A stretch of DNA of 64,000 bases, from the NCBI RefSeq assembly GCF_036321535.1, contig NC_087437.1, forward strand, positions 50,594,001 to 50,658,000, written 5' to 3'. Below the pieces are notes generated by a model. It was given only the letters and a program-made list of their open reading frames with translations. It was not told the origin of the DNA and did not search any database. Numbering within the stretch: position 1 is the first letter of the stretch; every line of letters begins with the position of its first letter. This document shows positions 37,689 to 50,137 of the stretch, in pieces. Origin of the DNA: Camelus dromedarius (Eukaryota). Both the position numbers and the translations under genes were made by a program.

Positions 37689-39477
37689 TTCTATATATGG
37701 AATCCTTACTATGTACCTGATACTGTGTAATGCATATGGCACCTCTATAGGGTACACTTTTTAAATCCCCATTTTATAGATGTGGAAACCCAACATCACA
37801 TAACAGGCTAAAATCTGCATCATGGCCTGTCTAGCCCTGAAGCCCGTGCCTCTTCTCCTGGCCACAGGGAGCAAAGTCTCTTGAGTGGTGATAAGCTTGA
37901 CTGGAGGGGACTAGGGAGCAGTGGGGAATATAGTTGAAAGGTCAAGTTAGTGCCATTTGGAGAGGCCAAAAAGCCAGATGAGTCCAGTCTCAAGCCAAGA
38001 GGACATAGGGGCTGCCAAAGGCTTTGAAGGAAGAAGTTGTGTATAGAAGCAGGGGTTAGCCTGACATGTGACACAGGCTGTGTGGCTTTGAGGCGAGAAG
38101 GCTCATCCATTGATCCAGTCAACATGTACTGTCAGATGTCTGCAACCAGGCTCCTGGGCAGGTCAGAGAATGAGAGTCTTGAAGCTGTTTTTAAGGGCTC
38201 CTGCCTCCGACTACAGGAGAGATGCCACAGCTGGGTGTCCCAGAAAGCAGCTGGACCCTCTAAGCATTGTTTCAGATGCATCCTGCAAGTTGTGGTATGC
38301 TGAGCTTTCATTTTCATTCATCCCAAATTATTTTTATTTCCATTGTGATTTCTATTTTGACCCATTATTGAGTTTATTCTTTAATTTCCACATATTTGTG
38401 AATTTCCCAAATTTTCTTGATTTCTAATTTCATTCCATTATGAATGAAGAGCATACTTAAGATTTCAGTTTTTTCAAATTTATTAAGGTCTGTTTTATAG
38501 CCTAACATATAATCTATCCTGGAAAATGTATGTGCATTTGAGAAGAATGTGTATGCTACTCCTCTTGGGGATGCAACATTCTATTAGAAGTCTGTTAGCT
38601 CTAGTTAGGCTTTGGTGCTGTTCACGACTATTTTCTGCTTGGCCTTTTGGCTAGTTGTTCTATCCAGTATTGAAAGTGGAGTATTGAAGACTCCAATTAT
38701 TATTCTTTTATTATCTATTTCTCCCTTCTATTTTCAGTTTTTGTTTCACTTATTTTGGAGCTCTGTCATTAGGCTTCTCTGTATTATTTTTATATATTCT
38801 TGATAGAATGATTCTTTTATCATTAGAAAATGTCCTTCTTTGTTTCTAGTAACAATTTTTGTTTTATTGTCAAATATTGTCAAATATTACTGAGTACTCC
38901 AGCTCTCCTTTGGTTACTCTGAACAGAGTATTTCTTTTTCAACCTATTTGCTTTCAATCTAATTGTATCTTTGAGTCTAAAGTGTGTCTTTTATAGGCAG
39001 CATATAGTGGGATAATTTTTTTTCACTCATTCTGCCAATACCCACATTTTAATTGCAATGTTTAACACATTTACATTCAATGTAATTACTATAAGGTAGG
39101 ATTTATGCCTCCCATTTTGCTTTTTGTACCTCTGCACCTGCATTATTTTCTTCTTATGTGTTAAATAGATACTTTCTGGTCTACAATTTAAACTCCCTTC
39201 CATTTACCACAGTTTTTAAAGTTATTTTCTTAGTAGTTGCCTGAAGATTATTGAACATCTCAACCTATAGCAATCTAGTTTGGAGTATTACTACCCTAAT
39301 CGCAATAGTATATGAAGACTTTGCTTCTCTCTGTCTCCACTGTCTCCTTCTACTACTTGCTATTATTGCCATATAAATCACACTTTTATACATTGTATAT
39401 CTACCTTAGTGGGCTTATAATGACTGCTTTATGAAGTTGTCTTTTAATCAAATAAGAGAAAAAGGAGTTACAAACAA

Positions 39478-39817
39478 TGCTACAGATTGAATGTTTGTGT
39501 TCCCTCAAAATTCATATACTGAGGCCCTAATGTGGTGGTATTTGGAGGTGGGGACTTTTGGGAGGTAATTAGGTTATGAGGGTGGAACCCTCATGATGGG
39601 ATTAGTGTCCTTTTAAGATGAGGAAGAGAGTTAGTCCTCTCTTTGCTCTTCACCAAGTGAGAATACAGTGAGAAAGCAGCTGTCTACAGGCCAGGAAGTT
39701 GGCCCTCACCAGAACCCAACCACGCTGGTGCCTGCCAGCCTCCAAGATTATGAGAAGTAAATCTGTTGTTTAAGCTACCCAGTCTATGGTGACTTGCAGC
39801 TGGATCTCACTAAGACA
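39478..39817 (+). mobile_element. MaLR solo LTR (MLT1A/MST-type) with 5-bp TSD
   Basis: tgctacagattgaatgtttgtgttccctcaaaattcata...ctaagaca; aacaa on both sides. Confidence 0.85.
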
Positions 39818-40782
39818 AACAAAAATATATTTATAATCTTTTATATTTACCTAGGTAGCTACATTTATCGGTGCTCTTTATTTTCTCATGTGGTTTGAAA
39901 GGTTACTGTCTAGTAACCTTTCATTTCTGCCTGAAGGACTCCTTTTAGCATTTCTTGTAGGGCAGGCTTGCTGGTGGTAAATCTCAGTTTTTGTTTATCT
40001 GGAATGTCTTAATTTCTCCTTCAGTTCTGAAGGACAGTTTTGTGGATATAGAATTCTGAATTGACAGGCTTTTTCTTTTTAGCACTTTAATATATCATCT
40101 CACTGCCTTCAGGCCTTGATGGTTTCTGGCGAGAAATCTAATTAATCTTACTGAGAGTTTCATATGATTGGGGATGTGGATTAAAGTTCATTGCTTTGCA
40201 TATAGATAACTGATTGTTCCAGCACGAATTGTTGAAAAGATTATTTTTTCTTCCCTACCTTTGTTGAATATCAATTGTCTACATGTATATAGGTCTATTC
40301 TGTTTATATAATTTTCTATCTCTATGTCGAGATCAAATTGCCTTGACTTCTGTAGCCTTATAATAAACCTTGAAATGAGGTATTATTAGCCGCCCTCCAA
40401 ATCTGTTCTTCAACATTCTTTTGGATTCTCCCTTCTCATTCCCTAATTCCCTCTCTTATGCTTTAAATTAGCCAATAAAGAGTGAACCTGTGAAATACTA
40501 GACACCTCACCCTCAGACCCTAATAAGGGCAGAGCCCCAGGTTTGTTCTATTTCTCTCAACCTGTCACCTCACTTTGTGGCCCTTGGGTGTGCTGTGTAC
40601 CCTCCAGGATGTTGAGTAATAAATCTTGTTCTTTTAAGTTCTCTGAAGGTTTCTTGCTGAAGTGTGTACTGAAATCATAATAAGAACCACATGGACCAGG
40701 CTAACTACAACACTGGCCCCACAGGCTTGGGTGAGTGCCTCAGGCATTCCTAGTCCCTAGTGGAGAACATCACTATCAATAG

Positions 40783-41222
40783 CGGGAATGAAAAATGCTG
40801 CCTGCAGACCAGTAAACAAAGGATGCTGCACCCATCAAGCCACGATAGCAGCCCCCAATGGTGCACCCTGAGGGGACTCAGGGTGGAAAGCAGGATACTG
40901 GCTTTAGACAGTTAAGGTGCATATCAAAGGAACGGTTTCAGTGAACCCAGACTCTTGCATCTTCCCATACATAGAAAAGCACTAAATTCCTTAACTTTAG
41001 ATATCTGGTTTTCTTTAATTAACAGTAATCTTTTGATGCTCCAACTACCTGGCCTTTGTTGCAAAACCCCTACATATCCTGGTTCCTCCCTTACCTCTTT
41101 GGAGCAGACCCTTAGGGCTCTCTGAGAGGCTGTCACCTGGGCTTGAAGTCCTCTGAAAATCTGCGGAATAAAACATAATTCTCATCTTTCAGGTTGTGCG
41201 TTTTTTTTTTCTTCAGTCAACA
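40783..41222 (+). mobile_element. ERV1-type solo LTR with 4-bp TSD, nested in an older LTR
   Basis: Ends aataaa...tcagtcaaca; atag at 40779-40782 and 41223-41226. Confidence 0.7.
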
Positions 41223-43461
41223 ATAGGCTGGGACCAACAAAACACGGGGGAACACGATTCAGTTCGTAACAGTGGTCTGTCTTGTTAAGTGCTCCATGTG
41301 AACTTAACAGAATTCTGTTGCTGGATTCGGTGTGCTATAGATGTTAATTAGGTTAAATTGGTTGATAGTGTTGTTCAACTATTCTGTATTCTTACTGATT
41401 TTCTCTTGTTTTATCAGTTCTTACAGAGAGGGGTCAAAATGTCAGATTGTAATTGTGGATTTGTTTATTTCTCTTTGCAGTGCTGTTTTTGCTGTTTGTA
41501 TTCTGAAGTTCTGTTATTGATGTGTAAACATTTAGGATTGGTATGTCCTCCCCAGAAGTAGCTGGGAGTGCTCCCTTGACAGACGCTAGGGGAAGAGGTG
41601 GAAGCAAAGCAAGGAAATTATTTGATTGGCTAGAGCTTAAGTGGTTGCATAACTAGAGAAAGACAAGTTGGCTGTTTGTGACTGGTTGCCCTTGGGTTTC
41701 AGTTTCCTAACCTTGAGGCACTTCAGACTTAGGTTTTGGTCTGCTTATGCAGGCTACGAAGGCATTAAAGCCACCCCAGTCTAAAAGCCCCCTTGTTTAT
41801 TTAATTAATTTAACAATAAGGTGGGTTCTTGTATGCCAGAAGGGTGGTCTTTTTTCTTTTTCATATATCCAATTTGACACTCACTCCCTTTTAACTGGTG
41901 TATTCAGACTGTATGATTATTGAAATGGTTACATTTATGTCTACCATCTTGGCAACTGTTTTCTATTTTTCCTACCTGTTCTTGGTTTCATTTCTCCTCT
42001 TTCTCTACCAACTCTTGGATTAGTTGTCTTTAAAATTCCATTTTATCTCATCTGTTTGCTTATTAGTTATAACTCTGTCATGTTATTTTAGTGTCTGCTT
42101 TCAGAGTTTGTAATTTAGAGTTTATAGTATGTCTTTAAGGTATCACAGCATATCTTCAAATGATCTGATACCACTTCACATATAAGAACCTTACAACAGT
42201 GTACTTCAGTTTCTTCCCTCTTGGCCTCTGTTCCCTTGTCATACATTTTAATTTTGCATATGTTACAAACTCTATAACATACTGTTATACTTTTATTATT
42301 TAAATAGTCAAATATCTTTTAAGGTGATGTAAATAAGGGGGAAAAGCTTCTATACTTACTCCTGTGATTATCATTCCTCGCAGTTTTCAGTCCTTTGTTA
42401 GATCCTTGTATTTGTTGTTGCTATAGCTACCCGGAGTGCATCACACACTTCAGATTCCTCAAGTGCTATTTGTGTTTAAGATATGGCCTGTTTGCCCAAA
42501 TGCTTTTCTCAGTGTCTGCTCCACCCTCAGCTTAGGTCTTCCCTGGCGTGTGTCAGAGTCTCTCTCTCTCTCTCCATGCTCTTGTAGCTTTCCCAGCATA
42601 TTCCACTGTTACTTGATAGTCAGTGCTCGTTAGTTAGCCTGGTGGTGGGAGCTGGGGAGTGAGGTGCTCTGTTCTGATTAAGTCTCAATCATGCAGGCAT
42701 TCTGTCCCTGGGTCTTGAGGGGGTGTGACCTTCAAAGTGTTTCTACCGTGCCCCCAGCAAAAGTTCTGGCCTCAGCATATATTCCCACTTCTCTGCCAGA
42801 ATCAGAGGTTTGGTTTTTATTGTTATCTTTCTCCAGCTGCAGTTGGATTTACCAGCCCTGTAAGGGTGTAAGTGTTTATTGCCCTTCATTCAGCAGTTGG
42901 TTCAGCTTTTTTTCTGTAGGAAAGATCGGACAATAGGATCTGAACATAGTTTTATCGCTTCCTGCAGCAACTAATATTCCCCTCCCCTGGGCTATGCCCT
43001 GAAGGATGCTTTCTCAAGACTTTCACTAGTCTTTTCTGTGAGTGCCCAGTGAGACCATGGAGAAAAGTCTGCAAGTGGATGCAAATCTGTGGCCCCAGGG
43101 TTTCTATTTTCTCTTAGAAGCCCACACTGGGCCATTAACAATTTTAGCTGAATTCTCCTTGCCAGTGTACAGCAGTGCCTGCCCCACATGAGAAAGTGCT
43201 GGAGTCCCATCTCTCTTTGAGGTGCTTCTCTTTGTAGGTGTCTGACTTCAGGTTAGATGGTTGCTCTGTGAACTTAGCTCTCTCATGGGTCCAAGAGAAG
43301 TTATGAAGTTGCATATTTTTCAGATTTTTTGATCTGCAATTGTGGGGATAGTGCTCCTTTTAGCTTTTTTACATCTCAAGAAGATATTATTTTTAACAGT
43401 TGCATAGAGTTCCATTGTATGTCAGTACAATACTTTATTAACTAGCTTTTTAACTTTAATA

Positions 43462-43945
43462 TGTTATCTATTGTTGCTAAGCAAACTACCTCAAAACTTA
43501 GCAGCTTAAGACAACAAACACTTATTATCTCATGGCCCTCTGGTAATAAATTCAAGGGTGGTTTAGCTGGGTTCTTTTGGCTCTGGGTCTCTGTGAAGTT
43601 TCAGCTGGAGCTGAAGCCATGTGAAGGACTGACTAGGGCTGGAGAATCTACCTTCCAGGTGCCTCGCACACATGGCTGTCAGCAGGAGGCTTCAGTTCTC
43701 GCCATGTGGGTCTCTCCTTTGGACTGCTTCAGTGTCCTTTCAACATGGTAGCTGGCTTCTTCCACAGTGAGTAATCCAAGAGGGAGAATAAGGAAGAAAC
43801 CAAAATGCTCTTTACAACCTAGTCTTAAAAGTTGATTACCATCACTTCTACCACATTCTACTTACTAGAGTCACTAGCACAGCCCACACTTAAAGGGAAG
43901 ATAATTTGATGTGGGACTTTGGAGAGAGGAGTATCAACTTGGGGA
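43462..43945 (-). mobile_element. MaLR (MLT1-type) LTR
   Basis: tgttatctattgttgct...aaaacttagcagcttaagacaacaaac...ctaccaca. Confidence 0.65.
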
Positions 43946-46900
43946 TAAAATTTAACACTACCACAGACACTTAGGCTGCTCCTCATTTCTCACTACTTGT
44001 TTTCCTGTTAGAAGCGATGATCAAATGAACACCTGTACATACATATCTTTGTTCATTTGTATGAGTGTATCATTAAAATAAATTTCTGGATCAAAGCAAA
44101 TACTTATCTTAAATTTTTGAAAGCTGTTACAAATTGTCTTCTAAAAAGCCAGTACTGATTTATACTTTCACCAACAGTGTATGAGTGCTGAGTTTCCTAT
44201 ACCTTCTCCAACACTGGTATTATCAAATTTTTAAATGTTGGAAGTCTAATAATGAAAAATGATGTATCATTGTTTTGCCTCTTTTCATATTCTTTAAGTC
44301 ACTATATTGCTGGATCTCTTTGTTACAGCACCATAGTCTTTCCCCTTACGAATACACATGGGACGTTATGACATTATATTCCACAGAAAAAAAGGGTTCT
44401 GTGGTCAAATAACTCTAGGAAACCACGAGTTTAACAAAAGCATTGAGACTTCCTTCCTAAAAGAGTTCTCAGATCCTTTAATATATTAATTGGGATCAAG
44501 CAAGAGATGAGTAGAATATATAGTATTTTTAAAAATGTATTTATTTTTAGATAATTCTTTTCCACTGTGGGATTAACTCATTGAACTCTTCCACTCTTCA
44601 GCCTATTCTGCAAAATATACTCTGGGAAATGCTGGTTTAAGGACCTCTAACTTTTCTATCATTTCATGGTCATGGCTGGTGTTTAGCGTGACTCACACTT
44701 CCACCAGACTTCACAGATTCTGGGCCAGGGCACTTACACCTGGGGCTACAGCTTTCCCACTCCTCAGCCATGTGTTGAAATGAGTCCCTCTGGTGGACAG
44801 CAGGCAACATAATGACTTCTAGTAAAAGAAGGCTGTAGGATTTTATTTGATGGTTTTGGATTCTTTTCCATTTATCCAAGTGGAAAGATGATACAAATTT
44901 CACTCATAGAAGAGTCACCCTCTATTTTCCACTGGTTTCTAAGACATCTAAAAGATTCACAACTATTTCCCGAGGGAGCAGTGTATCCAGGCTCTGAGGC
45001 AGGGGATGCAGTGTCTACCAGGGACCTACTATGTATCTGGCATGGCTATAGGAGAATTATTCCACTGTCCTTATAGACCCCTCAGTCCACCATGAGCTCA
45101 GTGGGAGCCTGACTGCTCCAGCCCAGCAGAGGGGTTTTCTCTCAGAGGACACCTGTAGGCAGAGCAGCAGTGTGGGGCCTGGGTAAGGATGCCAGAGTGG
45201 AAGGTCAGAGTGGACCATCCTGGAGACCTGGGGGCACCATTGCGGGACATCAGCAATGATGACTGGTACTGAAATGGCTCCTCTGGTGGCCCACCTGTGA
45301 CAGATTTGTGGAGAAGTTCTTCCTGTGAGGCCTGGGAGGTCTGGGCACTTTGCACTCTGCCAGTAGCATCCAGTGTAGCCATTTTTGTAGATTCAGAACA
45401 TGACTGAGGTACAAAGGATTGAGAAAGCTTTGGGCTGTTTCTGTGGTGGGCAGCTGGCCAACCACTGGCCAAAGTGTTTAAGACCATCCAAGTGATGTGT
45501 CTTCTGACTATTTTAATAGTCAGAATCTAGAAGATTTTTCTGTCCAGGTCTAGTTCTTACATATTCTCATTGAGAAATGTATACACAGTAATTGATAAGA
45601 TAATCAGAGATACCAAAGCAGAGAAGAATCAGCTGGGAAATCTGTATATTAAAGAGTGACTGTAAGAATATGTATTATAAAAAGTTAAAACGTACCATGA
45701 GAGATTATGCAGAACTTCCTTTTGATTTTGTAGATTGACTTGGTAGATTAGACATGCTCAATGCTGTTAATGCTTAGAAAAATCCCAATCTGTTGATTCA
45801 CAAGCTTGGGTTGGATCTAAAACAGGTTCCCATCTTTGAGAAAGGAGTCCACACAACCTTTCAAGGGTTGCTGAATGTACATGTGGAATGTTAGGACTGG
45901 TTCGCAAAGAACCTGTTCCCACCATGTTGGTCTGCAGAATTGCCCTGAGACCCTGCTCTTTGTCTCCTCTGTTCTGTCTCTCCCACACCTGCACTTCACA
46001 GCTGGCTGGTCTCAGCCCTCCTCCTTCCTTGCAGATGTTTAAGAAGCAGCAATCAAAAGGTGGAGGAGGGAGGGACTCACCTCCAAGGGTAAGTAGGAAG
46101 GAGTGAATGGACAAAGGATAAAGCCAGAAATGAGCTGAAGAATTCCAGACATGGCAAGTCAGAGAGTCTTGTAAACTGGTTGGAGCAGTGAGATCAGGAA
46201 GAGCACTGACCGAAGAGGTCGCCTCCTAGTCTCTTGCAGACTGGCTGCAAGGACCAACTGAGGCCGAATCTGTCAAGCACCAGGGCCAGCCCTTAATGTT
46301 AGTGTCTTTCTGAACCCTCTGCCAATGCATCCTCCCTGCTGTACATCACTCCTTTGTGCCTGCCACAACCAGGATGTCCTTCTTCTTCTTCTCCACCTGG
46401 AGAAAATGGTTGTTCAGATGTCACCTCTTCCCTGACTACATCAGGAAGAGTCAGCAGCAGGGTTCCATGCCCCCACAGTATGTTACACTGAGCTGTGATG
46501 TCCTGTTTCCACATCTGTCTCCCCCAACTGGACTGAGGAACGTCTCATTCATCTTCATAATTCCCTGGTCTCTCCTGGTGCCAGCACCTTCCTTAGGATG
46601 GGGGTGCGCAGGAAATAGGTGTTGAATGAAATGAGAGAATACATAAACACATAAATAAATATTCTTATGGTTGAAATGAAACAATATGGGTTGGAAAATA
46701 ATGCAGGTAGAAGGAAATAAGATATCCTACAGATTTGGAAAGAACTTTATTTTAATAAATAATAAACAGTGTATCCTACCAATCTGAAACACACTCTACC
46801 AGGAAAGATACTTTGTTGTTAGAAAAAAGGGCATGAAAGGTGGCCCCCCAAAATAGCTGAACTTTCTGAAAAATTTCAAAGACTATTCTGCTGAACAATT

Positions 46901-47799
46901 GTGCTAAGGAGCCCCTCCCTGATGATCTGTCCTAGTCTCTGCCTTTTTTTTGGCCACACAGTCAAAGGGCTTCTTTGTGGACACACTATTTTGGTTTTCT
47001 TGAATTCTACAGTGATATTCTTGAGTCTCATGGGAAGTCTCCCCAGGTGTTTGCTGACCCATTCCATTCCAGGAATGAATCAGGGACCCAACACTCAGCC
47101 AGATCCCTCATCCACTGAAAAGTTAAAATCAAATCACCCTAACAATTACCAAACAAACTAAATCCAAAACTAGCTCTAAAACTAAACAATTCCAGAGCTC
47201 AGGGTGCTCGTTGTTAGCCATGATCTCTCAGCTCCCCACCCACCCTTCTTCCCTTTGCTTTGTGACTGGGGCTTTCACCTCCACCAGCTGCTCAGTGTCA
47301 GGCTCAGCCAACAGGGCAGACCACGAGAGGCTGGAGGAGGGGAGAGGGCTATGCTCCTCCCTGGGTGCGTGGGTTCCTGTCAGCATTCTTCTAGCAATGA
47401 GAGTCACAGTGAGTTCCAGTAGCTGCAATTTGTCATTTTCCTAAAACTTCCACAACCAGCCTCATCAGGACCCTTCTTCCAGCACCAGATGGCAGCGCCC
47501 TCTCCCTAGGAGGGTAGTTCTACACCCAGTTCTCAGGCCCACATTTTAGCTCCTGGGGGAACCTGGGGACTGCCTCCCCCATAGAGGGCTACCCTCAGCC
47601 ATGTGGGGCCACCAGCCTCTTTCCTTGTTCCCTCTGCCCTCGGGCTGGTAGCTGCTTCTTACAGTTAAATTATGTCTCATTATCACTTTTTTTTCCCACT
47701 AAAATCTCCAATAGCTGGATCATACTTCCTTACATTAAATTCTCTCTGTTAAAATAACTAGTATAGTGTCTCTCTTTTGACTGGACCCTGACTGACAGA

Positions 47800-48600
47800 C
47801 GAAATAATTCTAATACTAAATAATTCTGAAAATAAATAAACCAGAAAATAAAATAAGTAAAAATACAGAATAGAAAAAATTTTTGAATGGCAAAGACATA
47901 ACTGAAAACAATTAACTGAGAATAATTCTCAAAATAACTCAAAACTAAATCTCTTAAAAACTCTGAAAATAAAAACTCAAAATATAATGCTCAAAATGCA
48001 GTAACTGAAAACAAAATAATTTAAAACCAAATAACTTAAAAAAACTAAATAACTAAAAATAGTCTAAGTGAATTGTAAAAATAACCCAGTATCTAAAGTA
48101 AATGAAAATAAATAACTATAACTCTAACCCGAACTTAGGGGAAAACTCAAAATAACTACAGATATTTTACTCTGAAAATAAATAACTCTAAAGCTCCAGT
48201 GAGTTTTTTTTTTTTTTGGTATTCAAATAAGTAACTGTAAAAATAAATAATTCAAGAATGCCAATAATTAAAAACAGAATAACCATGAAAATAAATAACT
48301 CAGATATTAATGATTGTAAAGATACATAATTCAAAATAAATAATTCTAAAGCTAACTAATTTGGAAAATATAACTCTTAAAATAAAGTGACTATAAAAAG
48401 TAACTGAAAATAAATAACTCAAAAACGAAGTAACCTTAAAGACAAAATAATTATAAACAGGTAACTTTAAAGCTTTAAAGTTTAAATAACTAGAAAAATG
48501 AAAATAAATGAAAGTTAATTAATAAAATAAATAATAAATAGCTGAAATAACTTAAACTAACTTAAAACCCAATAAATCTAAACGTAAATACCTCAGAAGT
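47800..48600. repeat. A-rich degenerate repeat (GAAAATAAATAACT-like units)
   Basis: About ten AAATAACT copies and many AAATAA; extreme A-skew on the + strand. Confidence 0.8.
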
Positions 48601-48739
48601 TAACTTGTAACCAACCCTCACTAAAAGGAAACAATCCTGGAACAAAGTAACACAGGCACCACATTGGCATTCTTGCGGGAATTCGGGGGAAGAGGAGAGG
48701 TGTGCCCCGTGGAGTCTGAGCGCCCGCACCAGAGCTTCT

Positions 48740-48955
48740 CATTCCAGCTCATTGCCACCCCAGGAGAAATCTGGCAATCTCTGAAGGTATTTTTGATTGT
48801 CATAATTCAGGAGGTGGGTAGGGCGTTACTGACATCTAGAGGGTAGAGGCCAGAGACGCTCCTAAACATCCTACAGTGCACAAGACAGCCCCCGCCCCCA
48901 CAACAAAGAATTATCCAGCCCCCAAAGTCAAAAGTGCCAATACCGAGAAACCCTG
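48740..48955. mobile_element. MER20 fossil abutting the CpG island
   Basis: tggcaatctctgaagg...actgacatctagagggtagaggccagagacgctcctaaacatcctacagtgcacaagacagccccc...gagaaaccctg. Confidence 0.75.
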
Positions 48956-49470
48956 CACCGAACACTCCAACATTGGGCTCCGCTAACCTCCGCAAGCGCG
49001 TGTCCAGCAGCTCGAGGCTCTCCGCGGGACTTGAGCCGAGTCCCTGCGCAAGCGCGTGCCGAGCTACCCGAGTGTCTCTGCGGGGTCTGCACCCGCGTTC
49101 CTGCGCCTGCGCAGGCGCGTGTGGAGCTGCGCAAAGTTCTCCGCCGGGCGATGCTGGGGTGGGGATGGGCTCCGCGGGCGGACTGCTCCTCAGGTTCTGG
49201 GAAGACCGCCCTGTTGTCCCCCACCCCGGCGGCGGAGCTGCAGGCTCTGAGGTCCTTTGCTGCTTCTGCTTAAGGGCGGGCCGGTCTCCGAGCCCACAGC
49301 AGCATCTCCCAGGAATGAAGGCGGCCGGGGCGGCTCGGTTGTCCGGGATGAGGGTCAGTTCTCCGGGATGAGGGTCAGTTCTCCAGCGAGGGCGACCTCA
49401 GGCACTCTTTCTACAGCCGCATTGCCTCTGCCCACAAACTAGTCTCCCCCGCAGGGGCGAGCAAGCCAGT
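48950..49470. promoter_or_regulatory. CpG island with NRF1-like motifs at the MCF2L2 3' end
   Basis: Dense CpG/GC content against a CpG-depleted background; TGCGCCTGCGCA at 49102-49113; CGCAAGCGCGTG at 48991 and 49047. Confidence 0.8.
49342..49384. repeat. 20-bp exact tandem duplication in the CpG island
   Basis: tccgggatgagggtcagttc twice. Confidence 0.9.
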
Positions 49471-49494
49471 GGACACCCCAAGGCTCTCCTCAGT

Positions 49495-49507
49495 TTAGTT
49501 TGTGGCC
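49495..49507 (-). CDS. MCF2L2: MCF2L2 last coding exon (T-A-T-N-stop)
   Basis: Acceptor CTTTCTTCTTGGAATTGCAG|G; phase 2 matches the previous donor; TAA at 49497-49495. Confidence 0.7.
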
Positions 49508-49581
49508 CTGCAATTCCAAGAAGAAAGTCAGAGAAGCAACGGCTAACAAATTCGCTTACTTTCCTCCGCTTTCACACTCAC

Positions 49582-49694
49582 GTGTCCTTCTCATGGCCAC
49601 CCCCTTTTTCTCCCTGGATGCTTTCTCCCGTTTCCTGAACAGACTTGGAGGTACAGGTTTCATAATTGTCGTCCAACTGGAAAAGCCCCGAGAG
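49582..49694 (-). CDS. MCF2L2: MCF2L2 penultimate coding exon (LSGLFQLDDNYETCTSKSVQETGESIQGEKGGGHEKD-T)
   Basis: Acceptor CCCTTCCCTTCCAG|CTC; donor AC|GTGAGT; 113 nt; similar to recalled human LAGLFQSDDSHETCSSKS...GESSQGEK. Confidence 0.85.
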
Positions 49695-50048
49695 CTGGAA
49701 GGGAAGGGACATGGTGCAGTGCTTGGGTACCAGACCAGGCCAATATGGCCATTCCTGCTGGCACAGCGGGGCCACCCCTGATTTCCCACGGGGCCACTTG
49801 GGTCCGCAGCAACAGCCCATAACTCTGGCCAGAAACCAGCGATGCAGGGCATGCTGGGCTGGGGTTGGGTGGGGGTCTGAACCACTTTGCATAGATCCAG
49901 TGACCTCAGCTTCCTGGATTAGGGCGGGTCCTTATGCGTGAGAATCATGAAAAGGAGGGAGAAAGGGAAGGAGCAGGGGAAGAAGGGGCAGGCGAAGCTG
50001 ATGCACAGGAATGAGGAATATGAAAGAGGTAAGAAGGAAATAAATTAC

Positions 50049-50137
50049 ACTCAGAGCACTGCTCTCCTTTTCCATATCTTCTGCACCTTCACAATCGTCA
50101 AAGGTTTCCATGGAGATAAACTCCCTGCTGGAGCAGC
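50049..50137 (-). CDS. MCF2L2: MCF2L2 third-to-last coding exon (GCSSREFISMETFDDCEGAEDMEKESSALS)
   Basis: Acceptor TTCTTTTCCCAAG|GC; donor AGT|GTAATT; 89 nt, phase 1-0. Near-identical to recalled human MCF2L2 GCSSREFSSMDTFEDCEGAEDMEKESSALS; MCF2L2 neighbours LAMP3 in human. Confidence 0.88.

Larger units (their letters stand above)
38250..42430 (-). mobile_element. Old L1M fragments interrupted by nested LTRs
   Basis: T-rich antisense L1 ORF2-like sequence (gagaagaatgtgtat; ttgctggtggtaaatctcagtttttgtttatctggaatgtctt). Confidence 0.7.

Noticed and set aside
37545..37757. Poly-tyrosine ORF
   Set aside because: Translation of a trinucleotide microsatellite.
48928..49442. Several overlapping ORFs in the CpG island
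   Set aside because: High GC content suppresses stop codons; no recognisable protein.
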